Shown here: positions 12,690 to 25,229 of the stretch, piece after piece
Layout: each line of letters opens with the position of its first letter
Position numbering within the stretch: the first letter of the stretch is position 1
Source of the DNA: Camelus dromedarius
Lineage: Eukaryota
Direction of reading: 5' to 3'
Assembly (NCBI RefSeq): GCF_036321535.1
Contig: NC_087437.1
Span: 18,912,001-18,976,000 of the forward strand
Length of the DNA: 64,000 nucleotides
Program-made: the position numbers and the translations under genes
The notes under the pieces: generated by a model
Database searches by the model: none
The model's input: the letters and a program-made list of their open reading frames with translations, nothing else
Told to the model about the DNA's origin: nothing

Positions 12690-13430
12690 GGAAGCGATGG
12701 GGCGCGCCTTGGTTTACTTCTCAACTCTCTTGGGCAGCTGGGGTAGCGCCCCGCTTCCAGGCAAGGTAGGGATCCCGTCCCGCAGGACAGACCGTGCCCA
12801 GGTTTGTGTGTGGCACCAGGGCCGTCCCCTTTCCCTGCTGCCTTCTGGCGACGCAGGGCCCTGGCCCAGTGACCTCGGGGCGGTTCCCATGTCCAAGGAA
12901 CGGGGACGAGGGGCGGCGGGGAGCTCCCAGCCTCTCTAGCCCAGGTTTCCCGGAGGCCCGCCGCTGCGGCTCTGGGCTACCCTCCCGGCCGCCACGGGCT
13001 GACGCCGTGCAGAGACCCGCCGGCTACGCGCCCGCCCCGCGCCGCCAAGGCCCCGACAGCTGGCCGAAGCAGTTCACTCGGCTCTGATGGAGCGAGGCAG
13101 TCCTCTTCCCATGGCCAGGAATCCTGAGACAACCGAGGGAGCGTCCCGCACCTCGGGATCCCGGAGGTCGGGCCCTGCCAGGTGAGCGGACAGCGGCCCC
13201 CAGGCGGGCAGCGCTGCCCCGGCCCCGTTCAGCTTGTCCTGCGCCGCCGCCGGCGGCGGGGCCGTGAGCACCCACCGCTCCCCACTCCTGCGGGGCGAGA
13301 GGGATCTCTGCCGCTCCACGGCAGGAAAAGGGAAGCTTGAATACCTTGTTGATTAACACATCCCCACGCGACTCTGCACCTCAACTAGCAGCACTACCCC
13401 AGCCCACCTCACCCCACGGACTCCGGGTCC
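12690..13430. promoter_or_regulatory. CpG island within the FOXL2NB-homologous region
   Basis: GC- and CpG-rich block. Confidence 0.75.
13113..13350 (+). pseudogene. FOXL2NB: FOXL2NB-homologous last coding exon, frameshifted
   Basis: Reads PGILRQPRERPAPRDPGGRALPGER, then after a -1 shift QAGSAAPAPFSLSCAAAG, and later GKGKLEYL. This resembles recalled human [26 protein letters not shown] / EAGSASLEPLSSSRAAAG / SKGKLHCVY. Confidence 0.7.
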
Positions 13431-15289
13431 CTCTACCCAGGTAACATTCCTCCATCCATCTCTCTCACAGTCAACCCCCTATTCCCTCCAGCTCTCCTTT
13501 TCCCCACTACTCTCTCACACTCACCTGTCACGTATACTAGTTCAGATCCTGCACATTTTTGTGGGAAACATGTCTGATGCTGGGACTCTAAAGTCTCTTC
13601 ACACACTCCCGCACCCAGATATCTCATGACACACTGATCTCTTGGCTCCATGTCTACCAGTCTGACTCCCAGAAGCCTGCTGATTCTCTGATGTCCTTGG
13701 TCTGTGGTTAGGGTGACTGGGCTGCCACCTGCCTGGATGTTCCCATGGCAAAGCTGCTGTTTAGAGTTCTTTAGAGAAGCTCAGGCACACAGCATACCCC
13801 TGATGTATTTTAACACACACAGACCACTCACACAGGCTTCATTTCTGTCTTGTAGCTGAGCTCGCTGCCCGAACTAACAGGCTGCAGAGAAGGTTGCATG
13901 GTTCTGGTTCTCGCTCCTGCACACATCCACATAGTGCCAGGCCCGGGCCAGCAGGCATTATTCTGCCTGGTTAGGATTAGCAGAGTCACTTATCCAAGTA
14001 AGTGCTTGGGAGAGAGAGTGATAAAGAGTAGGCAAGTGCAGGGGGTGGGGGTGGGGAGAGAATGAATATGAGAATGAGAATGAGAATGAAAGAGCACATG
14101 CACACAAGCCACTACTTATTCTGGAGAAGAACTCACAGATGAGAGCTGAGAGCCTAGAGCTGTTTCTGGTTGGTAAGTATCTTGCTGAATCTGCACCCCC
14201 CACCCCCCCTGGCTGGCTGGCTGGGTTGGGAGGCAACAGATTAGAGTCCTGGGTTCCTCTGTATCTCACTGATGTTGGACCACAAGTCCACCAGCACCTC
14301 TTTCCCCAAGGAATGTGTGCCCTACCCTGTACGAGGCAGACTGCAGGGTAGTCGTAAGCCTTTCTCCTGGCTGAGCCTATTTAAGGAGAAAAGGCAGAGG
14401 GGGCTGGTTCCTGGGCCATGTCAGGATCTCCCCCATCCAAAGACCTCTGGAATGCTCCCAGAGAAAGTCTACGGTGGCAGGAGCTGCTAACCAGCATCTT
14501 CTGATAACCCATGGCTGTGACTCCCATGGCCCAAAGCCATTTTGTTCAGCCCTGAACAGTGAGTACCCTGCCAGTAATCCCCAACACATGGTTGAGAACG
14601 TACTATGTTGTTTAAAGTTGCCTTTTTCCATATCTGAACTGTAAGCCTTGATGGGCAGAGACTGTCCTCCACTTGCCACTCAGTGCTTCCTAACAGGGAG
14701 GCCTTAATGCATTCCAGTGGAATTGGAAAATGGCTGTGCTCCACAGAGAATTGAGAGATGCCATTTTTCTTGTAATGAAACTGGAATGTCTAAGAAAAGG
14801 ACTGCAGGTGGGGAAGAATGGCTGGACCACAGAGGGCCAGCTCAGGATCTGAGTCCTCTACCATTTGGGACTGTCTGCTCATTACAGCTGTACAGTCATG
14901 TTGCTGAACCTTAGGCAGGGACACAGGACCCATGCCTGGTTCCCTGATCATGGTGAGTACCTGCCTGAAACGTTCAAACTAAACTTTACTAGAAATTGAG
15001 AGACTTCTGTATCTGTGGTAGCTGGCTTGCAAGGTAAGGCCTGTTGTCTGGAGCCCCAAACAGGGCCATGAGGGGATGCCTGAGAGAGCCCTTGTTCTTG
15101 GTCCTTATTCAGATTTCTCTTTGCAGATGGGCACCATCTAAAGGGCCTCCAGGCAAGAGGGCAGTTTTAGATGCCTAGCTATGATGAGGTCCAGAGGAAG
15201 GGAGGGAGAAGGGCCGAGATTTGTGTTTTATATTACTGGCTTTTGGAAGGAGATTTCCATCATGCCACAATGGTATGTGTATGTGTGTG

Positions 15290-15830
15290 TGCTGTGTAAC
15301 TTACATGTGGTAAACAATATGCATCTCAAGTGTACAGCTTGATGTATTTTTACATATAATGCAACACGTATCCACGACTGTGATCAAGCTACAGAACATT
15401 AACATTTCTGTCACCTCAGAAGTTTCCCTCATATCTTTCCTCATCAATACCTACTCCCAAAGGTAATGTGTATTCTGATCTCTATCACCATAGATTAACT
15501 TTGCCTGCTCTGAGCTTCATATAAATAGAGCATAAAACATATACTCTTTTCAGTCTGGTTTCTTCTGCATAATGTTTTTTGATATTCATTCATCTTGTTG
15601 CATGTGTCAGGCATTTATTTCTCTCTATTGCCATGTAATTGTCCACAATTTGCTTATCTGTTCACCTACGGGACATTTGTGTTGTTTCCACTTTTGGGAT
15701 ATCATAAATAAAAGTGCTGTAAATATTTTTTACATCTTTTTTTGGTGAAGGGCATTTCATTACTCTTGAATGACTACCTTGGAGAGTAGGAGAGTTTAGT
15801 TTTAGTAGAGATTGCCAGTTTTCCAAAGTG
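15290..15830 (-). mobile_element. Old LINE-1 (L1M-type) 3' fragment
   Basis: Motifs such as aagtgtacagcttgatg, ttttgcctg-like and ttgtttccacttttggg match reversed L1M 3' ends. Confidence 0.7.
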
Positions 15831-15974
15831 GAAGAACAAACTACAGTGCTATACAGACAGACAGACAGACAGACATGCTGTAACAGGGCCTTTTCCTTTG
15901 AGAAGGCATTCCCTAAAGGCCTCTGTGCACCTCCAGCTGTTATTCTCATTGTCATCATTATAAAGGAATGGAAT

Positions 15975-16170
15975 AGCTATCCTTTTTTAAGCACTTATAT
16001 TGAGCCAGGGAATTTACATGCATTTTCTCATTTCATTTTTATGACAGACTGGGGTGTTGGTACTATTCCCATTTGATAGATGAAGAAACAGGCTCAGCAA
16101 AGTCAGGTAACTTGCTGAAGGCGCCCAGCCACTAAGTGGCAGTGGGACTTCGGAGCCCTGAGTTTCACCC
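15975..16170 (-). mobile_element. MIR SINE
   Basis: cccattt...agatgaagaaacaggctcag...aggtaacttgctgaagg core. Confidence 0.75.
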
Positions 16171-17349
16171 CTGTGTTTGTGCCTCTATTTGTCCCTGCGA
16201 GGTCAGGAAGTCCTTCCTTCCATCCAATCAAATCTAGCTGCTATTTATAAGACCCATTTCCTCTTCCAATGCATGGTCATAGCCAGGCTTGAGATCTGTG
16301 TACACACACATACGCACACAGTCTTTCTCACACCAAGCACACTCACTGTGAAGAAGACAGGCCAATTCATGAAAACCTCAAGGTTGCCACACCCTGGACT
16401 CAGCAGGGGACAAGTCTGTTTCTGGATGATTCTGAGAAGAATTCAGAGGCTACCCTTCCCTGGGAAGAGTTGGGCATTTGATTCTCCTCCTAATACACTG
16501 AGCCAAGCCCATAACCGTGGTTCTTTAGAAGCAGCAGCCTGGGGCATCCTTCTACCTGTAGGTTCGTCCAGGGATGTTTATTGGGGGTTGATGGATGCTA
16601 GCCTGAAGATGTCACACCTTGCCTGGGAAAGTGGTAAGTGGCAAGGATGTGTGTGATCTGTGCAGGGAGAGAGCGTGGAGTCTAGAGAGCTGTACTTGGG
16701 GACATTGTACTTGACTGGGCCCTGCAGAGAATGGTCGGTCACTCTGAGAAGGAGAGCCAACAGCCATGGTTATGGTCCTGAGGACATTGTTACCAAGTAT
16801 CCAAGACCCTGGGCTTCACTGGAAGGAGTGTGCTACCCCTGTGGGTGGGTAGAGGCCATTTGTGGGCTCTATGCTCTGTGCAGCTGGCCCCTCCTCAGGC
16901 CCCCTTTCAGAATAATTGAAGACTTGCTGGGCTGTGGGTTTATAATTGGGGGTAATTGCTGAAAGGCTGTGTCGTGGTACAAGCAGGCTTTTGCTGGGGA
17001 AACAGTGATCAGGATTTTGGGGCTTTGGGTGGGAACAGTCTAGGATTCTGGTGTGCTCTGTTACAGGTACCTGTTGGTCCTAGTCCTTTGTTAGGAGGCA
17101 GCACTTCTGAGGAATGGGAACTAGTACTATGTCTGATGGGAACTCAGGTCCAGAAATACACAAGGTCTGCTCTAGGGCACAGAGGTGCAGGTGGAACGGA
17201 GGTCCTGGTGCCTGGTACTGTCACTGATGCACACCCCCACAGGCTGGGGGGCACCGTGTGGAGTGGTTAACACAGACTACTGTCCTAATTCTTATAGGCA
17301 TCAGCCTGGAAGATTATGGAAACTTGCTGAGCTTTGGAGTTTTAACAGT

Positions 17350-18350
17350 TTATCATTCTTTGAATAGGTAATATATCTGCATATACCAACATTTAAAAAA
17401 TATGGAAGACTTACAATGAAAAGTCTCCCACTTCTATCCCCAAGCCACCCTTCTCACAGGCAGCCAGTGACCTTAGTTTCATGTGTATCCTCTGGATATA
17501 TTTTACACATATGCAAACATACCACATACATTCTTTTGCCCTCCCTCACTTTTTGCCCAGGGTGGCATCTGCACCTTAGAAATCTTTCTATATCAATACA
17601 TCCTCTTTTTGAGCCATGTAGTATTAGTTTGTTTCCAATCCTTTGATTTTATAAACAATATGGTAATGTACAATCTTGTATATGCCTAATTTTGTAGGTG
17701 TGTACACATATCTGTACAAAAAAATTCTGTAAGTGTGGAGTTGGGTCAAAGGGTGTGTGCAATTGTGACTTTGATAGATGTTACCAAATTACCCTCCTTA
17801 TAGACTGAAGCAGTGTACATGCCCACCAAGAATGTATATGATTCCTGCTTCTCTACAACCTCACTAACACGTCTTTCTTTTTAACAAACAAATTTTGCAG
17901 ATATAGTGGAGGGCCCCTCTGTCTCCTTCGTTGATCCCTCTCTGTCCCTCTCTCCTGAGGTGATTACCATGGTAAATTTGGTGCCAAGTGTTCCCATAGC
18001 TGTTTTTAATACTTGTACTATGTGTGTATCCATTCCTAGGCAATACTTAGTATTGCTTTGTGTTTCATAACTTTATGTAAATGGTATCATGCTGTTGCAG
18101 AAAGACACGTGCTTGCTTTTTCATTCAACCTTAGATTTGTGAAAAGTTCCTGATTGAGACACAAAGACAAATTCCATTCATTTTCACTGGGTTGCACCAT
18201 TCCATTGTATACAACATATACGAATACAGCATGGTTTATTTATCCATGTTCCTGTTGAGGGATGTTGGATTATTTCCTATTCTTTAATGTTACCAACTGT
18301 CCTGCTATGGAACCTGTGTATGTCTGCTAGTGCTCCTGTGCTACAGTTTA
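17350..18350 (-). mobile_element. Old LINE-1 (L1ME-like) fragments
   Basis: gggtcaaagggtgtgtgcaatt, tatgtaaatggtatcatgctg and tttatttatccat motifs. Confidence 0.6.
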
Positions 18351-18499
18351 CCAAAGGATACAGGTATCTTCAACTTTACTAGTTTTTGCTGAACAGAGCT
18401 TCAGCTTCTTCATCTGTAAAACAGAAAGAATATTGCGTGTACCCCGGGAAGTCAGTGTCAGTGAGTGAGAGAGTGGAGTGGGAGAGAATATGGGCTCAG

Positions 18500-18720
18500 A
18501 TTTCAGTAGATCTGTACTTAAATTCTGGCTCTGCTGTCTACTTGCTGTGTGACTTTGGGCCATTATGCAGCCTCTCTGTGCCTCAGTTCCCTCATCTGCA
18601 AACAGTGGTGATAGTATCTAGGTCACATGGTTCTTGAGAAGATTAAGTAAGATACTGTGTGAAAAGTATTTAGCACAGGATCTGGTACAGAGGAAGCACT
18701 AAAAGGCAATCATCATCATT
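18500..18720 (+). mobile_element. MIR SINE
   Basis: ctggctctgc...gctgtgtgactttgggc...ctctctgtgcctcagttccctcatctgcaaa. Confidence 0.8.
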
Positions 18721-20769
18721 ATCATCATCATCTTTGATCTCTTTGTTTTAAGCCTGTTATTGTAGCACATTTCACACCTTCACCCTTTCCCCACCAGATT
18801 CTCTTGAAGCCAATTCCAGACATCATCTTACTTCACTTGTCTATATGTGAGATCATGTCCCTAAAATATAAGCACTTGAAAAACATAGCCACAATACTAT
18901 CATCATACCTAAAAATTAAGGGTGATTTTGTTTTAGTATATCAAATACACAGTGTTAAAAATTTCTCATTAATCTCAAAAGGATTTTATAGTTGTTCTGA
19001 GGCTGGATCCAAACAAGATCCATATGCTACATTTGGTTAGTATACCTCTTGAGTCTCTTAACTTATAGATTTGGCTCTTCTCTTTTTTCCTCCTTGCATT
19101 CTGTCTGTGAGATAGTGGGCCCCTTGTCCTCTAGGGCTTCTCCCAGCCTGGATTTTGCTGATTGCATCCCTGTGGCATCCTTTAACATGCTCCTCTGTCC
19201 TCTGTATTTCCTGTGCACTGGTAAATCTAGAGGCTTGGTTAGACCAAGTTTGACATTTTGGCAAGAAAACTTCGCCAGTAGTGTTGCATAGTTCTTTCAG
19301 GACACACTAATGTTTAGTTTTTTCTCTTTTGGATTTTAACAGCCATTGATGATCACTGTCTAGAGCCATTATTCATTAGGGTTCATCTGGAAAACAGTGA
19401 TATTCTAATCTCGCTCTTCCTTCTTCATTAACTAACTGCGCTCTTCCATAAAGAGAAACTCCTCCTTATCAATCATTTGATTGCCCTGAGGTAGGGTCTG
19501 TGAAGGACAGGCAGAGTGAATGACGGAGTCTTCTTATGTTTAATGACAAGGACAATGGGACTCTAAGTGATCATTTAGGACCTGGCTGATTCTGTGGGTC
19601 CCAAAACATATTAAGCAGTGTCTTCCACCCAAAAGAAGAAAGGAAGGAAAAAAGAATGAATGAACAAATACACAACTCCCCAATCACATCATTTGTTTCT
19701 TCATACACATATGTTGAACCCCTTTTCTGTGCAGGGGCTGTTCAAGGTGTGGGGATGCAGAGTGGAGCAACGTATGATTTCTGCCCACTGGGAGCTCCAG
19801 GTAACAAGTACACAGCCCGTACACAGCTCCCCAGCCCACGACACAGGTGCCAGAGGAGGGAAGATGAAGAAAAGAGAAATTTCTGGCTGGATAATCTGGG
19901 AAGGTCTGGCAGGTAAAGGTCCTCCCCAAGGAGAAGCTAAGCTGACCCCCAATGCCAGTGCATGTGCTGGGGGCCGGAGGACAGCATGTTATTGCCTTAA
20001 TCAAGGGGTACTTTCAGCTGAGTATCAAGTGCCAAGATATGTGCCAAGTGCTCTGTTGGACCTAAGAAAAGACCTCCATTCTACCTTTGAAGAGTCTTCT
20101 GCAGTCTGATTGCGAAGACAAGCAACACTTGATCTGTTATTCAACAGAATGTTCTTAAGTTTTATGGTATGCCAGAAACAGGGCTCTGAAGGTGAGCTGA
20201 GCATGCCCCGTGCCTTCAACAGGCCATGTGGCCTTCTCAGACTGCCCACATTCTGGGTGCTCTGTGTTCCTGTACACCCCTCCTCTCACCCCGAACTAGG
20301 GGTGCATCATTGATCATGTGGGTCTTAATAAAGGTTACTTGCCTATCAGCGTCTTCTCAGCTGCTTGCTATTCACTCTTAAAGTCTGCTCAAGGATCACC
20401 TCTTCTCAGAGGTATTCCCCTGCGGAATAATCTACATCAGCAGGCTAGGCTGGGTCTTGGGATCCCATGGCACCTTGTTCCTGCTTCCTTCTATCCCAGC
20501 AATTACTGCCCCCTGCTGTAGATTATTTTTAATTTGTTTACCTCTTTCTACTAGACTGTGAACTCTCTGAGGGCAGTGGCTGTGTTGTTACCATCTTTGT
20601 ATTCTTAGTTTCTGATGCACCTGTATGTCTGGCAGAAAATGTTTGTTGAATGAATGTCTGGGATTCCACATTTAGTGGTTCTTTCTTTTAAGTGAACATT
20701 TAGTCAGGAGAAAGATTAGGCTTTCAAATGTTATTAGGCGTTGGAGGGACTCTAGGACACGTGTTAGGG

Positions 20770-21450
20770 GTCCGCACGTTTATGTTCATGGACAGTGAGG
20801 AGCCAGGATGAAGAGGAGGGGAATTCAGGAGAGGGTCCCAGAGGCCTTGAAGGCAAAGGCTGCCAGCAGTCTCGCCAGGCCTGCAGGTGGAGGAAGGAAG
20901 GCGCCGCTTCCGGGTGTGCCAGGCCCGCCGCGTGCCGAGGGCGTAGGGCGCTGAGCGCGCACGGCGGCGCGTCCCGTGGGCCGGAAGCGGGTCTCGCCCG
21001 ACGTGGGGGGCTTCCTCGCTTTGTACCGCCGGCCGGAAGCGGCGGCGGGCGCTGTGGGCCAGGGCCGGGGCCAGACCGTGTTATCTCTCCTCACGGCGTC
21101 GCAGGAAGCCCGCGGGGAGCCCGCCCCAGCCCAGCGCGCGGGGCCTCGCGCCCGGGAGTGGAGCGTGGCCCCCGGGCTCCGGAGCGCAGATGCGCGCGCC
21201 CAGGGCGGCCGGGCCGGCTCGGGTCCTGCACAGCGGTCGCCTTTCCATCTTCATGTCTCCTTGACGTCCTCAGCCCACGGCCGCTGGCTTCCGCACTGCC
21301 CCCCTCCGCTAAGCCCTGCCTCGGATGCACGTCCCGCGAAGGGAATAAAGGATCCTCTCTGAGACGGCGGGACCGACTGCAGCTTCCTGTGGCCGCAAGA
21401 AGGCGTAGCTAAGACATTCTCTAGGTCGGGACACGGGAGATGAGGTAAAG
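20770..21450. promoter_or_regulatory. Orphan CpG island with multiple ETS motifs (promoter/enhancer candidate)
   Basis: CpG-dense. CCGGAAG at 20981 and 21033, CTTCCGG at 20907, TGACGTC at 21262, and a donor-like GAG/GTAAAG at 21445. Confidence 0.7.
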
Positions 21451-21669
21451 TGCAGATGGAGGGAGCACCTGAGTGTGGAGGCTGGCACTTTCTGGACAGG
21501 CGGGACTGCCTAGGCTCTAATTTTCTGTGAGAAATGGGTGCCCACAGGTTCTGGGACGTCATTTATTATGCCAAGGGATGGTCTTTCCTTCATCTGAAGA
21601 GTGTGTGAATCGAGAACAAATTATGTAGGCTGGGTGTGTACCCACACAGCTGCACATATATTCTGCACT

Positions 21670-21720
21670 TGTGTGTGTGCGCGCGCGCGCAGACACGCAC
21701 ACACAGACACGCACACACAC
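21670..21720. repeat. (TG)n(CG)n(CA)n alternating purine-pyrimidine tract
   Basis: gtgtgtgtgcgcgcgcgcgcagacacgcacacacagacacgcacacacac. Confidence 0.85.
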
Positions 21721-22029
21721 CCCAACTCCTACTCCCTTTTTATCCTGTTTGAGTCTTAAAAATCTCTTCATAAGGAATGCCTGTTATATATGGTTACCAA
21801 ATGCTTCCTGATATTTCTCTCCATTTTTCAGGTCTGGGAATGGAAGGGCATTTCTGTGACGACCCCACCAGGTTTTCTTTGGCTCCTGGGGCTGTTGGGC
21901 AAAATTATTTGCAACTTTACACTACATGAGCCATTTGGGAGGAGGAAGCTTCTATCACAGATGTGGGTTTGTGGGGACTGGCTACTCCCGCAGTGGCAGC
22001 TTTTAGGTATCACTCCCTGGTTGGCAGAA

Positions 22030-22890
22030 TTTGTCATTCATTCATGCATCCATGCAGACACTGCCTCTGTAATGGTCTTGTGCTTGGCCTGGGAATCTGG
22101 AGAGGAAGGCCTCGTTTGTGGCCTTGGGGACGTGCAGTTTAGCGGTGAGTTGGGTAGGTAAACAGACAAATGCAACTCAGTATGTCAAAAGTACTGTGAT
22201 GGGGAAAAGTGAGGGAAGTCTTCTCGGAGGAGGTGATGCTGGAGCTAAGTCTTGGGGGAAGATGTGGGGAAGGCATTGGAATAAGAAGAAGCATGTGTGT
22301 GAAGACCCAGAGCTGAGGGAGGGAATGGTGCTCTCAGGGTTTGGTGGGGCCCTGCGTGGGGGAGGGGTGGTGGGCAGTGGGCGATGAAGTTAGACAGGTT
22401 GACAAAGTCCATGTCACTGAGGGCCAGGGGTGCCTCCCTGAGGGACGTGGAATTTATCCTGAGGCCATTTGGATTTCAAAGGGGAGTGAGAGGAGGGGCT
22501 GCAGCGTGGAGGATGGTTGGAGGTGCCAAGCACCAATGTAAAACACATGGAGTCAGGGGAGAGGTGATGTGCCTGCACTAAGGAAGAAGCAGGATGGCAA
22601 GAGGGGCCCGCAGGTTTCTTGGGTGAGATGGTTGTCTGTGAGGAACCTGTTGTGTTTGAGATGCCTGAGGGGCATCAGGTGGAGGTGTCTGGGTGGCGGT
22701 TGGACATGCGGGTCTGGACTCATGAGAGAGGTTTGGGGTCATCAACCTATAGATGGGACAGGATTAAGTCCCCCTGGGAGGGTGTGGAGAGAGAGAGAGA
22801 AGAAAAGAGATGAGAAGATTTGCGGAGTCCATAAAAAAGCAGGAGCAGCCAGAGAAATTGGGGGTGACCAAGAGTGTGTGGCGTAATGAA
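22030..22890 (-). mobile_element. L2 LINE fragment
   Basis: tcattcattca tail followed by a purine-rich body (tttgagatgcctgag...ggaggtgtc...ttggacatgcgggtctgg). Confidence 0.7.
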
Positions 22891-23084
22891 AGCCTTGGGC
22901 TGGCAGTGGTGAGGGGCGACTCAGGACCCTCTTTCAGACCTGCCTTCTCTGGCTTCCTGGGCCTGGGGTGTCTTGCTCCTTTTTGGGGTGATTTGTACCT
23001 CTCTGATGGTGAAAAATCAGATTCTACAGTATACTGGTTGTGGATAGTTGGGGGGTTGCTCCTTAAGTGCTTTAAATACAGAGA

Positions 23085-23270
23085 TTATTTATGCAACTCT
23101 TACTAGGTGCTGGTAACTTTACACAAATTATCTCATTAATCTTCAGACAACTCTTTTCAGATAGATATTATTGTCCCCCTTTACAAATGAGGAAACTGGC
23201 TCAGAGAGGTTACGTGTCTTGCTCGAGGTCACACAGCTGTTAGAACTGTAGTTGGGTTGTGGAGTCAGGT
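23085..23270 (-). mobile_element. MIR SINE
   Basis: tttacaaatgaggaaactggctcagagaggtta...cttgctcgaggtcacacagct. Confidence 0.8.
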
Positions 23271-24154
23271 GTTTTTGCTTTACGTATTCCAAGTTTTTTG
23301 TTTTTGTCTTTTTTTAATTTCCCTATGCTTTTCCCCTTAGCATTTGTTCAGAAGTGGCTGCCTCCTAGATTGGCATGTGAGCCCGGCTTGGCTTGCCCAC
23401 ACCCTCCAAGCCTCCAGGCCACGGGGACTTCAGAGGAGGCCTGTATCCCAGATTAGCCCTAAAGACAACATGCTCCTGAAGAAGAAAGAGGAGGTCTAGG
23501 CACAGCCGAGGCCTGGGATGGGAAGGGCTTCCCGAGAATCAGTGGGGAGCTTCCTCCTGGGAAAGCCATGAGAGGGGCAGTTCCTCTCCTGGGCCAGGCG
23601 TCAGGGAGTCAGGGCCCCAGCTGTTCCTGCCCGGCCGCCCGCAGCCCTAAGCGCCCACCGGAGACAGGAGGCCCTGCCTGCTCACTACCCATTGTCCCTG
23701 CACCACAGTGCCGCTTCCCATGCGCCTCCTGTTTATACAGGAAGCCCCTGCTCTGGGGTGCCACCTCCCTCTCCTGATGGCTGGCTCCAAGCTCAAATTC
23801 CTTAGTGAGCCAGGACTAGAGTACGTTGTCCCTGCTCAGTTACTTTAAGAATTAGTACAGCAGAGTGGGTGGAAGCCTGGCCTCACTGTGTGGCTGCCCT
23901 GGATTTGAATCTGGCCATTCATTAGCTGTCTGACCTTGGGCATTCACACCAACCCTAAGAGTCCAGCATCCTCTTCTATGACATGAGGAGTATTATTCCT
24001 ACTTATCTCACGGGTTTGGTGCAAAGATAAGTATGGAAGTAAAGTGTCTGGAATATCGTATATGCTCAGTAACTTATAGACCTGATTGGTATTGTTACTT
24101 GTTCTTTACCTCCAAATTTTAGTTGCACCAGATCTCAGCTGTGTGCCAATTGTA

Positions 24155-24328
24155 AGTGATAGTTTTAAAATATGGCTTCCAAATTCTGTGACATTTCTCC
24201 CACTGAGAGAGAGAAATGTGCCCCCTCCCCTTGAATCTGAGTGTTCTTGTGACTACCTTGACCAATATGGTACAGTGGAAGTGACACGGTGCAATTTCAC
24301 AGGCTTTGTTTGGGTCCTGGAACGCTTA
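24155..24328 (+). mobile_element. MaLR (MLT1F/H-like) LTR fragment, interrupted by a Tigger-type element
   Basis: ttttaaaatatggc...ccctccccttgaatctg...ttgaccaata...gaagtgac; appears to resume at about 24785. Confidence 0.6.
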
Positions 24329-24330
24329 TA

Positions 24331-24782
24331 TAGATGGTCTTGGACTTAGGATTTTTCGGCTTTATGGTGGTGTGAAAGTGATACGAATTCAGTAGAAACT
24401 GAATTTCGAATTTTGAATTTTGATCTTTTCCTGGGCTAGCAATATGCGGCACAATACTCTCTCACGACGCTGGGCTGTGACAGCGAGCTGCAGCTCCCAG
24501 TCCGCTACGAGATCATGAAGTTAAACAATTGATATACTTACAGCCATTCTGTTTTTCACTTTCAGTGCGGTATTCAATAAGTTACATGAGATTTTCAACC
24601 CTTTATTATAAGGAGGCTTTGTGTTAGATGATGTTGCCCAACTGTAGGCTAACGTTAAGTGTTCTAAGTGTGTTTAAGGTAGGCTAGGGTAAGCTACAAT
24701 GCTTGGTAGACTAGGTATATTGAATGCATTTTTGACTTATGGTATTTTCAACTTACAGTATTTTTCAGTCAAGAAAGATCTG
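24331..24782 (-). mobile_element. MER47/Tigger5-like non-autonomous DNA transposon
   Basis: TA-flanked. Contains ggctttgtgttagatgatgttgcccaactgtaggctaa...tttaaggtaggctagg...aatgcattttt, the reverse of the recalled MER47 consensus, with degenerate terminal inverted ends. Confidence 0.75.
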
Positions 24783-25229
24783 TACTTGCAGCCCTGAGTT
24801 GCCACATAAGATCTAACTACTCTGGAGTTTGCAGGCAGTGTGGGTTGTTCTTGTTGGCTGCACTACCAGAAGGGTGGGAATAGTTTTTCCAGTTCAATAA
24901 AAATGTACTGAGTGAGTTTCAAAATGGTAGACTGAACTCAAAGTGGAATTCCCTCCCTCACCAAGCAAAGATGGAAAAAATTAAAAAGGTAAAATAATAA
25001 ATACAGAGTTGCACTTAAATTATGAAGGGATACCAGAAATGATGGTAGACCAGAAATGATGAAACATTCCTGGAATAAAGAAGTGAGTAGGATGTGACAA
25101 TCATAAGCTGAAGTGCTTCTAAGTTCATGCCCAAAACATATGCAGAATTATGTCTCAGAAAAGATACACACATTCAAAAATCACCAACCAATAAACATTA
25201 GTCAAGCACTTATTATGTGCTAAGGCTTT

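Noticed and set aside
12650..12700. Possible FOXL2NB middle exon (KKRSPAP)
   Set aside because: The similarity is too short and weak to support.
20795..21412. 205-aa ORF in the orphan CpG island
   Set aside because: GTG start, low complexity and no recognisable domain; a GC artefact.
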